From Eledone cirrhosa (taxonomy: Eukaryota): 64,000 nt of DNA. A model generated the notes under the pieces. That model saw only the letters and a program-made list of their open reading frames with translations, was not told where the DNA came from and ran no database searches. Numbering within the stretch: position 1 is the first letter of the stretch; every line of letters starts with the position of its first letter. Positions 40,871-54,331 of this stretch are shown here, piece by piece. The stretch covers positions 104,842,001-104,906,000 of the forward strand of contig OZ024743.1 of the NCBI GenBank assembly GCA_964016885.1, given 5' to 3'. The position numbers and the translations under genes were made by a program.

Positions 40871-40992
40871 AGTGGGTAATAGGAACAAGTATGACACCGA
40901 CGGCAGAGCTCAAGCCATTTCGACGGCTATTTCTGGAGTTCAGAAATAGCCGTCGAAACGGCTTGAGCTCTGCCGTCGGGGTCATACTTGTT

Positions 40993-41047
<55 letters not shown>

Positions 41048-41211
41048 GCATATATATATGATGATGTTTCAGATGTACAAAGAAAGAACTTTGTTATACT
41101 ATATATATGTGTTTATATCTATATTATAGATATAATATAGATGTAAACACATATATATAGTCTAACAAAGTTCTTTCGTTGCACATCTGCAACATCATCA
41201 TATATATATGC

Positions 41212-41289
<78 letters not shown>

Positions 41290-41446
41290 TATAGGAACAA
41301 GACTCAGTCCAGAAATAGCCGTCTAAATAGCTTGAACTCTGCCGTCGGGGTCATACTTGTTCTTATAACCCACTCTACTACCCTAAGTATTGAGTACTTT
41401 GTGGCGTTATGGTCCATCTGGTTCCTTACCACAATTCCTTCGTCAT
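40871..41446. mobile_element. Two PLE family T copies bracketing a (TA)n-flanked palindrome
   Basis: Fold-back copy 40871-40997, palindrome about 41040-41220, and copy 41292-41446. Confidence 0.75.
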
Positions 41447-41456
41447 ATATATACAA

Positions 41457-41641
<185 letters not shown>

Positions 41642-41651
41642 CATATACATA

Positions 41652-41685
<34 letters not shown>

Positions 41686-41702
41686 CATACATATATATAT
41701 AT

Positions 41703-41806
<104 letters not shown>

Positions 41807-42377
41807 GTATATATATATATATGGAGTTGGTGGCATAACATAACACATAGATATATGCATGCAAATATGTATATAATGGCTGTATCTCAGTTACAAGACC
41901 TGCCACCCTTCGACCATTTTCTCATGAGTGGCACAACTATGACGTTTTAGCCTTGCCAACGACACAGATTCCTTTCTCCATATACCACAGAGGAAAACAA
42001 AAAAAAAAGGGGGGGGGAGTCCATGTTCATGCAACACACCTGGACGTCGTTAACATCTCGTGATGCTTTGTGATGAAGCTCTTTTCAGGGGAAAGAAAAA
42101 ATGCCTGGCACTGGACAAATCCCACTGTCTGAACAATGGTGGCAGATATCGAAAAGGAAGGATAGGTGAACATCATTGGCTGTCAACATGTCACATGTTT
42201 TACATAGAGTTTTCCATATATATATATTTTCCATATATATATATATATATACTTGTAGATATTACATATATATATAGTGTGTGTGTGTATGTGTATTTGT
42301 GTATGTATATGTGCATATATGTACATATATGCATATATATGCATATATATATGTATATGTATATATGTATTTATATG

Positions 42378-42498
<121 letters not shown>

Positions 42499-42568
42499 GT
42501 ATATTATGTTTATAAATGCATATCTATAAATCTACATCTCACTCCCTCTCCCTCTTTATCAATCTATT

Positions 42569-42687
<119 letters not shown>

Positions 42688-43429
42688 AGGGTTGACGGAC
42701 CCACCATATTTATCAATGCCAGTACCGGTTGTATCTCAGCGCACTCCATGGTCAATGTAAGATACCACTCCCAGAGTATACACAAAGTTATTTGCTTCAA
42801 CACAACACACGTAAAACGGGTGCCTATAAGGTCCCCGGACTCGAATTTCTGCCGCACTAATGGAGCAGTAAGGTGCACTGCACCATCTGTCTGCATATAT
42901 AATGCAACAATGCACAATCGCGTTATGCGGCTTCATCAGCGGGTATCGCCTAATCAATAACCAATCGATCGACAGAATCCTAAGACCAACCTATGCCGGC
43001 AATGACTGTTTATGACGACTGACACGGTAAAGCTATTAGCAACTGGCAACCGATAGGACTCTATCTCTCAACTAGCCACTGATTTACAAATTTTACGTGG
43101 AGACGTGAAGCTAAAAAGAATCAATCTTTTCGTTCCTGTCAGAAGGACTCAGCCAACGTGTCTCACACACAAATTATCAAGGGGTGAAAAGATGGCTATT
43201 AGAAATAGCAGTTCACATTGATATAAAATAGAATGGTAGAATTCGGTTCATGTCTCCAAGCCCCATGGCTAGAGGAAAGCGATGGTAACAATGGTAGTGC
43301 CAAGACCCTTTAACGGACTTTAAATGCGATCATCCATTATATAGCAATATAGTAGCGAGCTGAAATGTGTCAGCCGCGTGAGTAGATAACCAGTCTATTT
43401 CACAATATATATATATATATATATACTTT

Positions 43430-45784
43430 ATACGAAGACTTAGATGGCGTACCTTCCATTTTAATAGAAAATCAGATGAAAAAACAAATAAATCCAGTTA
43501 CAACTTCGATATGATCTTCAAATCCTAGAAGAATCCACCTAACAACAAACCATTAATGGAATTTGAAAATGAAATAATATCGATTATACAAAACATCAAA
43601 TTCAAGAAAAACCAATTTGTAGACCAGGAATACCCTAAAGGCCTCAAGAATAATATAGACAATCTTGAAAAAACTGAGAAGATCCTCGTAAAATCTGATA
43701 AAACTAACAATCTATACGAAATGCAAAAGGACGAATACAATAACCTTATATTGAAAGAACTAAGGAAAAACTACAAAATAACAACTAATGAAGATCTTGA
43801 AATGTTAAATAGTGAAGCTTCTGAAATAATTCATAAATTAGGCATCGAAAATAGGACCGAACCCTTTATACCTAGAAGACCGAAATTAACCGAAAGAAAC
43901 TTTGAAATAGAACTACCAGTCAGACTTATATCATAGTTAGTAAACATATATTAGATAGAATCATACCGCAACTTAAATAAATATCTTACCTAAAACTATG
44001 GAACGGTACTAATGAGGTTATAGATTGGTTCAATAACATAAAATTTAAACATAAAAAATTCATTCAAATGGATATTGCAAACTACAACTCCTCTATTAAT
44101 CCTAGTTTAATAAGGCTCTTATCTATGCATCTAAACATACAGATCTATCTAGTGAAGAAATGCATATCATTTTAACCGCACGGAAAACTTTAATTGAATT
44201 CAACAATCATCTCTGGACAAGAGCCGATAGAAAAAATAATTTCGATATCACCATTAGATCATCTGACTCGGCGCAAATAACGGATCTTGTGGAGTTATTT
44301 ATTAATAATACACTGCATAGAAAAATACCAGAGATGACCGGTAGTTTATATAGTGATGATATGCTGCTTTTAATTGAAAATCATAGTAATTGTGAAATTA
44401 ATAGGAAAAGAAAATCCATAATACAATTCTTCAATAACTACAACCTTAAGTTAGAAATAGAGAATAACTATAAAATCGTTAACCTTTTAGACGTAACATT
44501 AAACCTTAGCACAGGGCTCTACTATCCATTCCATAAAATTAATGGGAATCTAAATTATGTAAGTTTTAACTCTAATCATCCTAGATCTATCAAGAACACT
44601 ATTGTCAATTGTGTCCAGCAACGGATTTCACGCATCTCCGCTAATAAAAACATTTTTGATGATAAGGCTGAATGTTACAATGAAGCTTTAAATAGAACAG
44701 GGTATATAAATAAGATTAAATACATTGACAACAATAATAAGGCAAATCACCCTACTATTAATTGTAATAATAATAAACAATTTAACTTAAACTCTAAAAC
44801 TAACAGAAGAACTAGATATATTATTTGATATTCACCCCCATTCTCATTAAGCATTAAAACACCTTTAGCAAAGCTATTCTTTAAAGCACTAGATAAATGT
44901 TTTCCTAAAGCCCACAGATACCACTCAATAACAGACATACTATAAAACTATCATACTCTACTACTATCAACATAGCACAAAATATAAATTTAAACCCTAA
45001 CCAAAATAACCAAAATAGCAATAATAATATTTCTAGCAATATCAAACCTAATAGTACCGTTCCGAGCAACAACAACTCCGCAAAATGTAGCTGTAGAATT
45101 AAATCAAACTGTCCTTTACAAAATAAGTGTTTAGATAAAAACGTGGTCTAAAAATGCACAGTTAAAACTAATGGAAATATATTTAAGAATTTAAACTTCA
45201 CTGGAATAACCACAATTTTTCTTTCCGAAGATTTGATAAAAAATCTTCAACTTCTCTTTCAAACCTGATATGGAACTTAAAATGCAAGAATATAGACTAT
45301 TCATTAGCTTGGGAAACAGTTTCAAAAGCACCCGCGTACTGAAACACAGTTTTATCTAGATTCGGTAAATTGTGTATTGAGGAAATTTTTATATACTTAA
45401 CTTTAAAAACGCTATTAATCTAAGAACGAATTTATTTAATTCTTGTAGTCATCGCCAGAATTCAACATTCAGAACTATATAACTTATAATTATACTTATA
45501 ATATTCCTATTAATCTCCATAACAATCTCATCTACTTGGTTTTAATATATTGATATCTCTAAATCATATCTCTAACATTTGCTGTACTTCCACTTCTTAA
45601 AAATTTTCATATAATATATACGTATAAAATTCAAATTTTTAAATTTTAATTTTAATCATTTTTTATTTCTTTAAAAAATTACTTATCTTTTTAAAAAATA
45701 AAAAAATAAAAATTTGTTTTTAAATTTTCTCAAAAATTTTCTTCCAATATTTATGTGTATGTGTATGTATGTTTTTATATATAT

Positions 45785-45878
<94 letters not shown>

Positions 45879-46140
45879 ATATACTTATATATTTATAATC
45901 TATTTTTCTTATTCCCTGAGCCCCACTTTCATATTCCTTATGTTTTTGTTTTCAAATCCGCATTCAATAAAAACACCAGGATTTTTTCATTCTGACGACT
46001 GAAAGCAGATTTGGTTGCTTTCAAGAAACCACTGGTAAATGAAATAATTATCTTATGTTGTTTATTACATAATTAATAAGCTCTGTAACCGACATAGAGC
46101 ACTCTTTTTTCCTGGACCTTTCCGACGGAATTACTTCATT
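43430..46140 (+). mobile_element. Near full-length decayed Penelope-like element with 3' pseudo-LTR
   Basis: LVKSDKTNNLY, PVRLI, FDITIRSSDSAQITDLV, LYSDD, NLLDVTLNL, NSNHP, CSCRIKSNCPLQNKCL and CSHR. The 3' region carries an HHR. Confidence 0.9.
45985..46044 (+). ncRNA. Type I hammerhead in the PLE 3' pseudo-LTR
   Basis: UUUCAUU-CUGACGA-C-UGAAAGCA..UGCUUUCA-A-GAAA-CCACUGG-UA-AAUGAAA; 7-bp stem I, 8-bp stem II, near-palindromic stem III, GUA ending 46037. Confidence 0.85.
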
Positions 46141-46166
46141 CATACATACATATATATATATATATA

Positions 46167-49100
46167 ATGCGTTCGGCGCATCGAGCAGTGAGTACTCGCC
46201 AACGGTCACGATCAACGGCAACTTTTTCGAGATCGTGCCAGGTGATGTTGGCTGCCATCAGGTCCTTCCAGAACGTTCGTCGCTAGGTGATCCTTGGGCA
46301 ACCCCGCCTCCGTTTACCGCCAGGCGGAGTCCAGTTCATCGCTGTTTTCGAATGCCGTTCATTTGGCAGACGCAGAATATGGCCAGCCAGACGACACCGA
46401 CGCTCCGTGACCACTCTCTGTAGAGTCCACGACTCGGCTCTCCGCAGGATCTCCTCGTTTCGCACTCGGTCGCGCCAGGACACACGAAGGATCTTTCTTA
46501 GGCACCGCTGGTGTAAGGCGTTCAGCCGTCTCTCTATTTTTGCCGTACTCTTCCAGGTCTCGCTCGCATAAAGCACTGCCGTCAGCACGATGCTCTTGTA
46601 CAGGCGGAGCTAGGTCTTGGAGCTAATGCATGAAGACGACCAGACTGGGCACAGCCGCTCGAAAACTGCGGCTCCTTTGCCTATCCGACAGTTGATGTCG
46701 AGCTCCGCGTCGCCGCTGCTTGTCAGGATGCTGCCCAGATAGGTGAAGTGATCGACTTCCTCGAGGTCCTGTTCGTTGACTCTGATCACTGGACCTGTGT
46801 TGCTAGCCGTTCTCATGACCTTGGTCTTTTTGGTGTTGATTCTCAGGCCGATCTTTTCCGCACTCTCTTGTAGGGATGTTGTTAGGGCCTGCAGATCTAC
46901 ACTGTTTTCAGCGATCAAAGCGATATCATCGGCGAATGCCAGGTTCCTCAGCCTCTCCTGCCCTCTCCATGGGATTCCTCGACCGGGTCCTTCATCCATT
47001 TGCCTTAGTACGAAATCGGCTGCCAGCAGGAACAACAGTGAAGAGAGAATGCGACCCTGTCTGGCTCCGGAGAAAATGTCAAATAACTCCATCACACCGG
47101 ACTCAGTCCGCACGCAGCAGCTTGAGTTTTCATACAGGGCCTTGAAAATGGCGATGAATCTTGCAGGAATGCCGTACAGTTGCGCAACATTCCACAGCAA
47201 CTCCCGGTGTATACTGTCGAATGCCTTCTGGAAATCAATAAAATTGACCGCCAAAGGCTGTTGTAGCTCAACGCATTGTTCGAGAATGTTGTGTAGTGTA
47301 AAGATCTGTTCCGTGCAAGATCTATTTTTTCAGAAGCCGGCTTGTTCCTCCCGGATCACAGAGTCGACAGCCTGCCGGAGTCGACGCAGCAGCACAGTGC
47401 AGAACGCCTTGCCTGGGACTGACAGCAATGTGATACCACGCCAGTTGTTGCAGTCTGCCAGGTTTCCCTTCTTCAGCAGTTTGACGATGACACCGCGCTG
47501 CTACTCAAGGGGAACCCGACCAACACTCCAGCAGTGGTTCATCAAGTCTGTCAACGCCGTTATCGTGCTCTCCTCACAGAATTTGAGCAGCTCAGCAAAT
47601 ATCTCATCCAGTCCACCTGCTTTGCCGTTCCTCAAGTGGCTAATCGCATCTCTCGTCACTTGCTTGGTGATATGGTCCTCGCAGACTTTGAGTACCTCAG
47701 TGGTTGCTGGAGTCTCTGCGGTCAAGTCTGTCAGGGCGACCGGATTTCGTTGGTTCAGCGTCTCCCGGAAGTGCTCCATCCATCTCTGCTCCTGTTCCGC
47801 TCCACTGGTCAACGTCTTGTCATTTTTATCCTTCACTGGCATGCTGGCACCGCTTGACATTCCTGTCAAACTCCCTCACGATAAGGAACAGTGCTTTTGT
47901 TTTGTTTCGACCAGCAGCTTCCTCTGCCTCAGCACCCTTTTTCTCCAGCCAGTCACGTTTGTCCCGCCGGCAGCTTCGCTTTACCAGTCGGTCGATTTGG
48001 CGGTATACGGCATCTCTTTTCTTTTGGTCTTCCTCTGTTCTGGCAGAATCTCGCTCGACTTTTGCCTTTTTTCGTCTGTCAATCAGGTCCCACGTTGGGT
48101 CTTGGATCCATTTTTCCCTCCTCGTTCCTCGTCTTCGGCCAATAGTTTCTTGTGCTGCCTCAGTCACCGCTGTCGTGAACATCGTCTATTGACCTTCCAG
48201 ATCTGCAGCCTCACTCAACTGCTGGAATTGGTTGTGTAACGCCATTTGGTACAGTCGCGCTTGACCGGGATACTTCAGATTCTCCACTGTGTATGGCTTT
48301 GGACTTTCCTGTCGTGTCCGTTTCTTCAGGCGCAGCTGAAGTTCCGCACACAGTAGGTGGTGGTCTGAGCCCACGTCCCCACCTCGGTACACTCTGACGT
48401 CACGTACCGAGGACCGCCAGCGCTGGTTGATGCAGACGTAATCGATCTCGTTTCGGCTTTTCTGGTCCGGAGACTGCCAAGTAGCCTTGTGAATCGCCTT
48501 GTGTTTGAAATAGGTGTTGCTAATGCACAAGCTGTTGATGGCATAAAACAGCTGCAGTCTCTCGCCGTTGTCCGTGGTGACCACAGCAGAACCGAATGGC
48601 CCAGTGACCTGTTCGAGTCCCTGTCTGTTGCAGCCAATCTGAGCGTTGAAATCACCGATCAGTAGTTTGATGTCATGGCTGGGCAAGTTATTAATTGTGT
48701 CCTGCAGCTGTTCGTAGAAAGTGTCCTTGTCGATGTCGGTTGCGTCATCAATCGGTGCGTAGCCCTGAACAACAGTGATTTTCGCATGCCCACTTTGAAA
48801 ACGGGAGGTTATGATGCGCTCGCTGACTGACTCACATCCGATCAATGCTCAAGTTGCTCGGGCGCTAAGCACAAGTCCAACGCCATGAACGTGCTTGTCT
48901 TGGTGTCCAGAGTAGAGCAGAGTTGTGTCTCCGCTGCCACTCATCTTTCCGCTGCCGGTCCAGCGCATTTCACTCACGCTCAGAATGTCCAGCTGGTAGT
49001 GGTCGAACTCGCGAAGTAGCTGAGCCAGCTTTCCTGCCTGGTGTAGTGTACGCACGTTCCAAGTTCCAATTCGCATCTTTGTTTTGGTGCTCAGAATCCG

Positions 49101-49369
49101 GCTCCTCGGAACCCCAACGTCCTTTCGGCTTTGGTCGAGGTCCGTCAAGAGTGGAGTGTTTCCCACGCCTTCATCTTTACGCCGTTCATTTTTGTTTTTT
49201 TTTGGCTTTTCTTGCTGTTTCTTTAGCGGTTAGAATTTTTACAGCAGTGCCGGGTTGCTAACCCGACCCCTGCCGCCTGTATTTTCCAATTCTTTGCCAA
49301 CTGAGATTAGTGGTTGGCACCCCTTCGCCACGATGAGGCGTCCGGCGAGACCAGGGGACTCATCAGGGG
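46167..49369 (-). mobile_element. Full-length RTE-clade LINE (APE plus RT) with a few stops and frameshifts
   Basis: RIGTWNVRTL, SEMRW, GDFNA, NEIDY and SDHHL; NWRGITLLSVPGK, FIDFQKAFDSI, RQG, FADD, FTYLGS and GHILR. Both ends abut (TA)n. Confidence 0.95.
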
Positions 49370-49470
<101 letters not shown>

Positions 49471-49949
49471 ATAATACTAAATCCGTCATATATATTTTTG
49501 TTTGTGCCCTAAAATGGTTTGACCTATTGATTCATAAATACAGGCGCTTTTGTTAAAAATAACAGCTTTCATATTTCGAAACAAAAGGAATTTATTTTCA
49601 ATATATAAACTACATTTAAAAGTAATTTGTAGTCATCAAAAACACGACCCGCAAAAAAAAAAAAAAATGTATAGATACCGTCACAAAAGCAGATGCACAG
49701 CGGATGAAAAGATGAAGAATTATTGACATTCGTAAATACAGATTTACTTGACAGTTGTTACATAAGAAGAGAGTGAAAGTAAAAAAAGCAAAACAAAAAA
49801 AAACCAGTTAATTTTATAAGACAGGTACGAGGAAAATTGAACTACTTGAAGAAATATGTTCTTTTCGGCAAGTGGAGCAGAGGTGCATATTCAGAGGAAT
49901 ATATATCTTGGTTGTCCGAATGTTCTGGTTGTTAAAAAACGGAGCAACC

Positions 49950-50200
49950 TGCTTGGGAAATAAACGTGGAAGTTGCTCCTGTTCACTCAGTTGTAGAAAG
50001 GAGTTGCGATGTCATTGGTGACAAACTGTATCGGTCTTTTCCTTTTCCTTGGACAACATCCGTAGCATGGAGAGGGGAGACTGATATGCATGGGCGACTG
50101 CTGGTCTTCCACGAAAAACCTTGCCCGGACTTGTTCCCAGTGGGAAATTTTCTAGGTGCAAATCCTATGGTCATTCGTGACGGAAGGGGTTTTTTACTTT
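49950..50200 (+). mobile_element. Probable third SINE family (unclassified)
   Basis: GC-richer block starting with a CORE-like string (gttgctcctgttcactcagttgtag) and ending in a short T-rich tail. Confidence 0.35.
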
Positions 50201-50366
50201 ATACATATAATAATTGTGAAGCGAACCTCTTAATAATTTGGCCATGGTAAGTCAACATGTCCAAGTAACAATATAAACATATCGTTTATGTGAATTATTC
50301 TTTTTCAAACATTTTCATGAATTTTCTCACATCATAATTTTGCTTTTGCCCTATTTCCTCACATTA

Positions 50367-50675
50367 TTGACGGTCTGAGTTCAAATCCCGCCGAAGTTAA
50401 CTTTGTCTTTCATCCTTACGGGGTCGATAAAATAAAGTACCAGTAATGTACTGGGTAATTGCTGGCCTTGTGCCAAAAGTAGAAACAATTATTGATTGTT
50501 GGATTGGCAGTATCGTTAGAAGGTCGGACGCCATGTTTTGCAGCATACAATTACGGCCCCTTATGATCTGAGTTCAAATTCCGCCGAGGTTAACTTTGCC
50601 TTTCATCCTCACGAAGTACCAGTAATGCACTGGGATAATTGCAGGCCTTGTGCCAAAAGTAGAACCAATTATTGA
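50367..50675 (+). mobile_element. Two tandem SINE family A copies
   Basis: The second copy is flanked by the direct repeat aattattgattgttg. Further diverged copies at about 51040-51245, 51407-51550 and 51740-51920. Confidence 0.88.
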
Positions 50676-52336
50676 TTGTTGCAAACTAATTCAGAGTCAT
50701 CAGAACGTCGGATAAAATACATTCCTGTATTGATTCCGGCTTTCTACGCTTTGAGTTGAAATTCATGTCCTCGATGTCAATAGAAACTACTAGTCCAGTA
50801 CAGGGGTGTTTTTTTATATATCTTTCTCACTCTCACACTGTCTTACCTTATCTTTAAGAAATACAGGTAAGGTAAGAAACTACTTTTAGCAGATCAGTTC
50901 AATGACAACCCACAAAGTGAAACATCAATTATGAGAGATATGCTAATAGCTTTCCATTCTGTTATATTTCAGAGCAGGCAGCATTAAGCTTACAATTCTA
51001 ATGACTATTTTATTTTGTATATCAAATATATTAATAATTTCTAATTCAAGCATAAGACCAACAATTTTATGGTGTGGGAAGTCGATTAAATTGACCCTGG
51101 TAATCTACTGGTGTTTTATTTTATCGATTCTGGTAGGATAAAAGGAAAAGAGAACCTTGACAGGATTTGAACCTAGAATGTAAAATACCGGAATAAATGC
51201 CACAAAAATGTGTGTGATGCTGTACCGATTTTGGCACTCCACCACCCTTTAAATCAACCTTATTGATGATGTATATTTAACGACAGTGAAGGAATATAAG
51301 ACAAATTCGTTCAAGGGATAATTTGCAATAAGTACGGCATAACAATGTTCTAGCAGGGGAATGTATCGGGATACTCAGAAAATGTTGTTTTAATATGTAA
51401 ATATCAGGTGGTGAGCTGGCAGAGTATTTAGGATAAAATACTTTGCGGTACTCGTGGCGTCTCTCTACGCTCTGAGTTCAAAATCCACCAAGGTTAATTT
51501 TGCCTATCATCCTTTCGAGGTCGATAAAAAAGTACCAGTCCAGTACAGTGGTCAATTCCTCCTTTAACTCTCTCTCTCTCCTTCTCTGTAAGAAATTGTC
51601 TGTGTTCAGACCTGGAGAGGAGATGGTCACTGCTGTTTAAAATGCGCATGGTACTACGGTGCACATAAGGGTCCTTTAATAGTTATGAGTCCATACATAC
51701 ATATATACATAAATCCTCAAAATGATGTGGAAATCACTCGAGTAAATCATCTCCGATACCTGACTAGTGTTTATTAACTAGGAAGTATATTATTGATCCC
51801 GGCGGGATGAAACTAAATCGTCATCGGGAGGATTTGAACCCCAAATTTAAAGAAACTCAACAAAATAAAGCAAAGTATTTTACAGTATTTACCGTTCTAC
51901 CAATTCTGCCAATCCACTTCCCTCTGTAATCTCAGGTAAAAACAACCAATGTACTGTAAATATTCAAATGTAAAGTGCATTAGTAACATAGTCTTACATA
52001 TTGAAAAGCCGCTAAGCTTGGACAAAAGAAATTAATGGTATCCACTATTTCAGTATTATTGTCATCGAAGATGGTTAGATGGTTGAAAAGATAGAGCACT
52101 GCCTGAAAATATTTAGTATTATCAGTCAACGATGTGATTTAAAGTCCTGCTAGTGTCAAATTTGCTTTATATCTTATTGTAGGGGCAATAGTAAAAGATA
52201 TTAATATTATGATGAGATGAATTCAATCGACTCCACCTCTTCCGCTATGAACATTAGTTTTGTTTGTATTCAACTGAAATGAATATATTATATGCAGAAA
52301 TATGTATATCCATATGCCTGTGCATTTATAAGCATC

Positions 52337-52412
<76 letters not shown>

Positions 52413-53215
52413 TATATATGTGTGTGTGTGTAGGTATATAAGTACATGTGATTATATATATACACACACACACATACACGCAAATATACACATGAAATGG
52501 AGAATGGTGGAATTACTTCTTGTATACAATAAGCTCTAAATATAAGCTTATATCGAAAAATAGAAAAAAATTTATATGAAATCTACCGACCGCTGTTTAA
52601 GTGTGCAGAATTCTTTTAATTCTATTCAATGCTATATTTCCAAAACTTTAATGTGTCAAGTTGCTTCACCTACAAAATAGTTACAACTTCAACACTTCAA
52701 TGAATCTCTTAAAATGTCGTCCGTATCTTACATATTTATATAAGCACATGCCACAAATTTGGCAATAGAAATGAACCGGAGAAATTTTTCCCCGATAAGC
52801 TACTTTTGCATCAGTCTGCACGGTCAGAAATCTAAATCTGCAAGAGAATCTAAATCCCTTTTCTCATAATAAACTATAAAACTTTATAGATAGATATTAG
52901 CGACTTCTGAAATGTCAACATGCATCATTCTCCCTGCTTCGGAGAACCATTCAAAGAACTGCGAGAAACGCAAAAGGTTAAGTCGAATCAATTGTTCGAA
53001 AGATTACATATTAATGAAGCAAAAATTCAATAAGTGTTTGTAGCTTTGGGTTTTGATGATAATAGATCTAACAGGAAAAGTCTAATGCTAGTCGAAAGCT
53101 AAAAGCTCTCCTATGGCATTGTTATCTATTCAAGTATTGCAAATCAAGCGGCGTATTCATCCGGATAATCAGGAAGATTATAAATCGTAAATGTGGACAT
53201 GTTATTATAGTTGTT

Positions 53216-53216
53216 G

Positions 53217-53256
<40 letters not shown>

Positions 53257-53257
53257 A

Positions 53258-53312
<55 letters not shown>

Positions 53313-53790
53313 GTACTACGACTGTTTTCGCTGTTATTCTTATTGTTGTTGTTCTTATGTTGCTAAATGCCAGTCGTGATTTAAGTGTAGAAAGTTAATA
53401 GAAATACAAGGTCCATATAACGATACACTCTTCTATTTATTAATCACAAGTGTATTATTCTAAAAACGACGTTCATAGCAAAGTAACAAAACCAGCTTAG
53501 ATATAAATAGAGTGAAAAACCAAATACAAACCGCCACCGCCGCCGCCGCCACCGCCGCCACCGCCGCCGCTACCGCCGCCGCCACCACCACCACCACCAC
53601 CACCACCACCACCACCACCACCACCACCACCACCACCACCACCACCACCACCACGAATACCAACATGATCACAAAGACCACGGCGACCACCATCACCATT
53701 ATCATCACCTCCATCACCACCATCAACAAGAACAACAACACAACGACGACCACCACCTCCACCAACAATACAATCAACAACAACCTCCTA
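53216..53790. repeat. Trinucleotide tracts (TAC)n and (GCC)n/(ACC)n
   Basis: Seen directly. Confidence 0.9.
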
Positions 53791-54182
53791 TGTATCTGAA
53801 GAGCTAAAGCCAAGTAAAAGAATGATAAAAGAAGACAGGCTGTTACTATTGATTATATACTTGAGGCACAAGGCTAACGATTTATTGTTATACTTCAACG
53901 AGGAAGTGAAGAGATTGTGTGACATTAATGCCCACAAGATCATTTGCGGTGTCAGTGAAATGAATTTTCTTTCACTTGGGATGGGAATTAAATCTAAAGC
54001 GTGGGCGCATACAGCTCAATGGGATCTTATATATTTTGATCTTCAAACCATACCATATTATTGTCGTGGTTTAACACAATAACATGCCTGATCAAGGAAA
54101 ACTACGATCAAAGACCATCAAGTGAAGATCATACCATATACTTTTCGTTCACAGTTCGTTCATAAAGAACAGAAAGAAACAA

Positions 54183-54331
<149 letters not shown>

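Noticed and set aside
46776-48239. 487-aa plus-strand ORF
   Set aside because: Antisense shadow of the GC-rich RTE coding region; no recognisable motifs.
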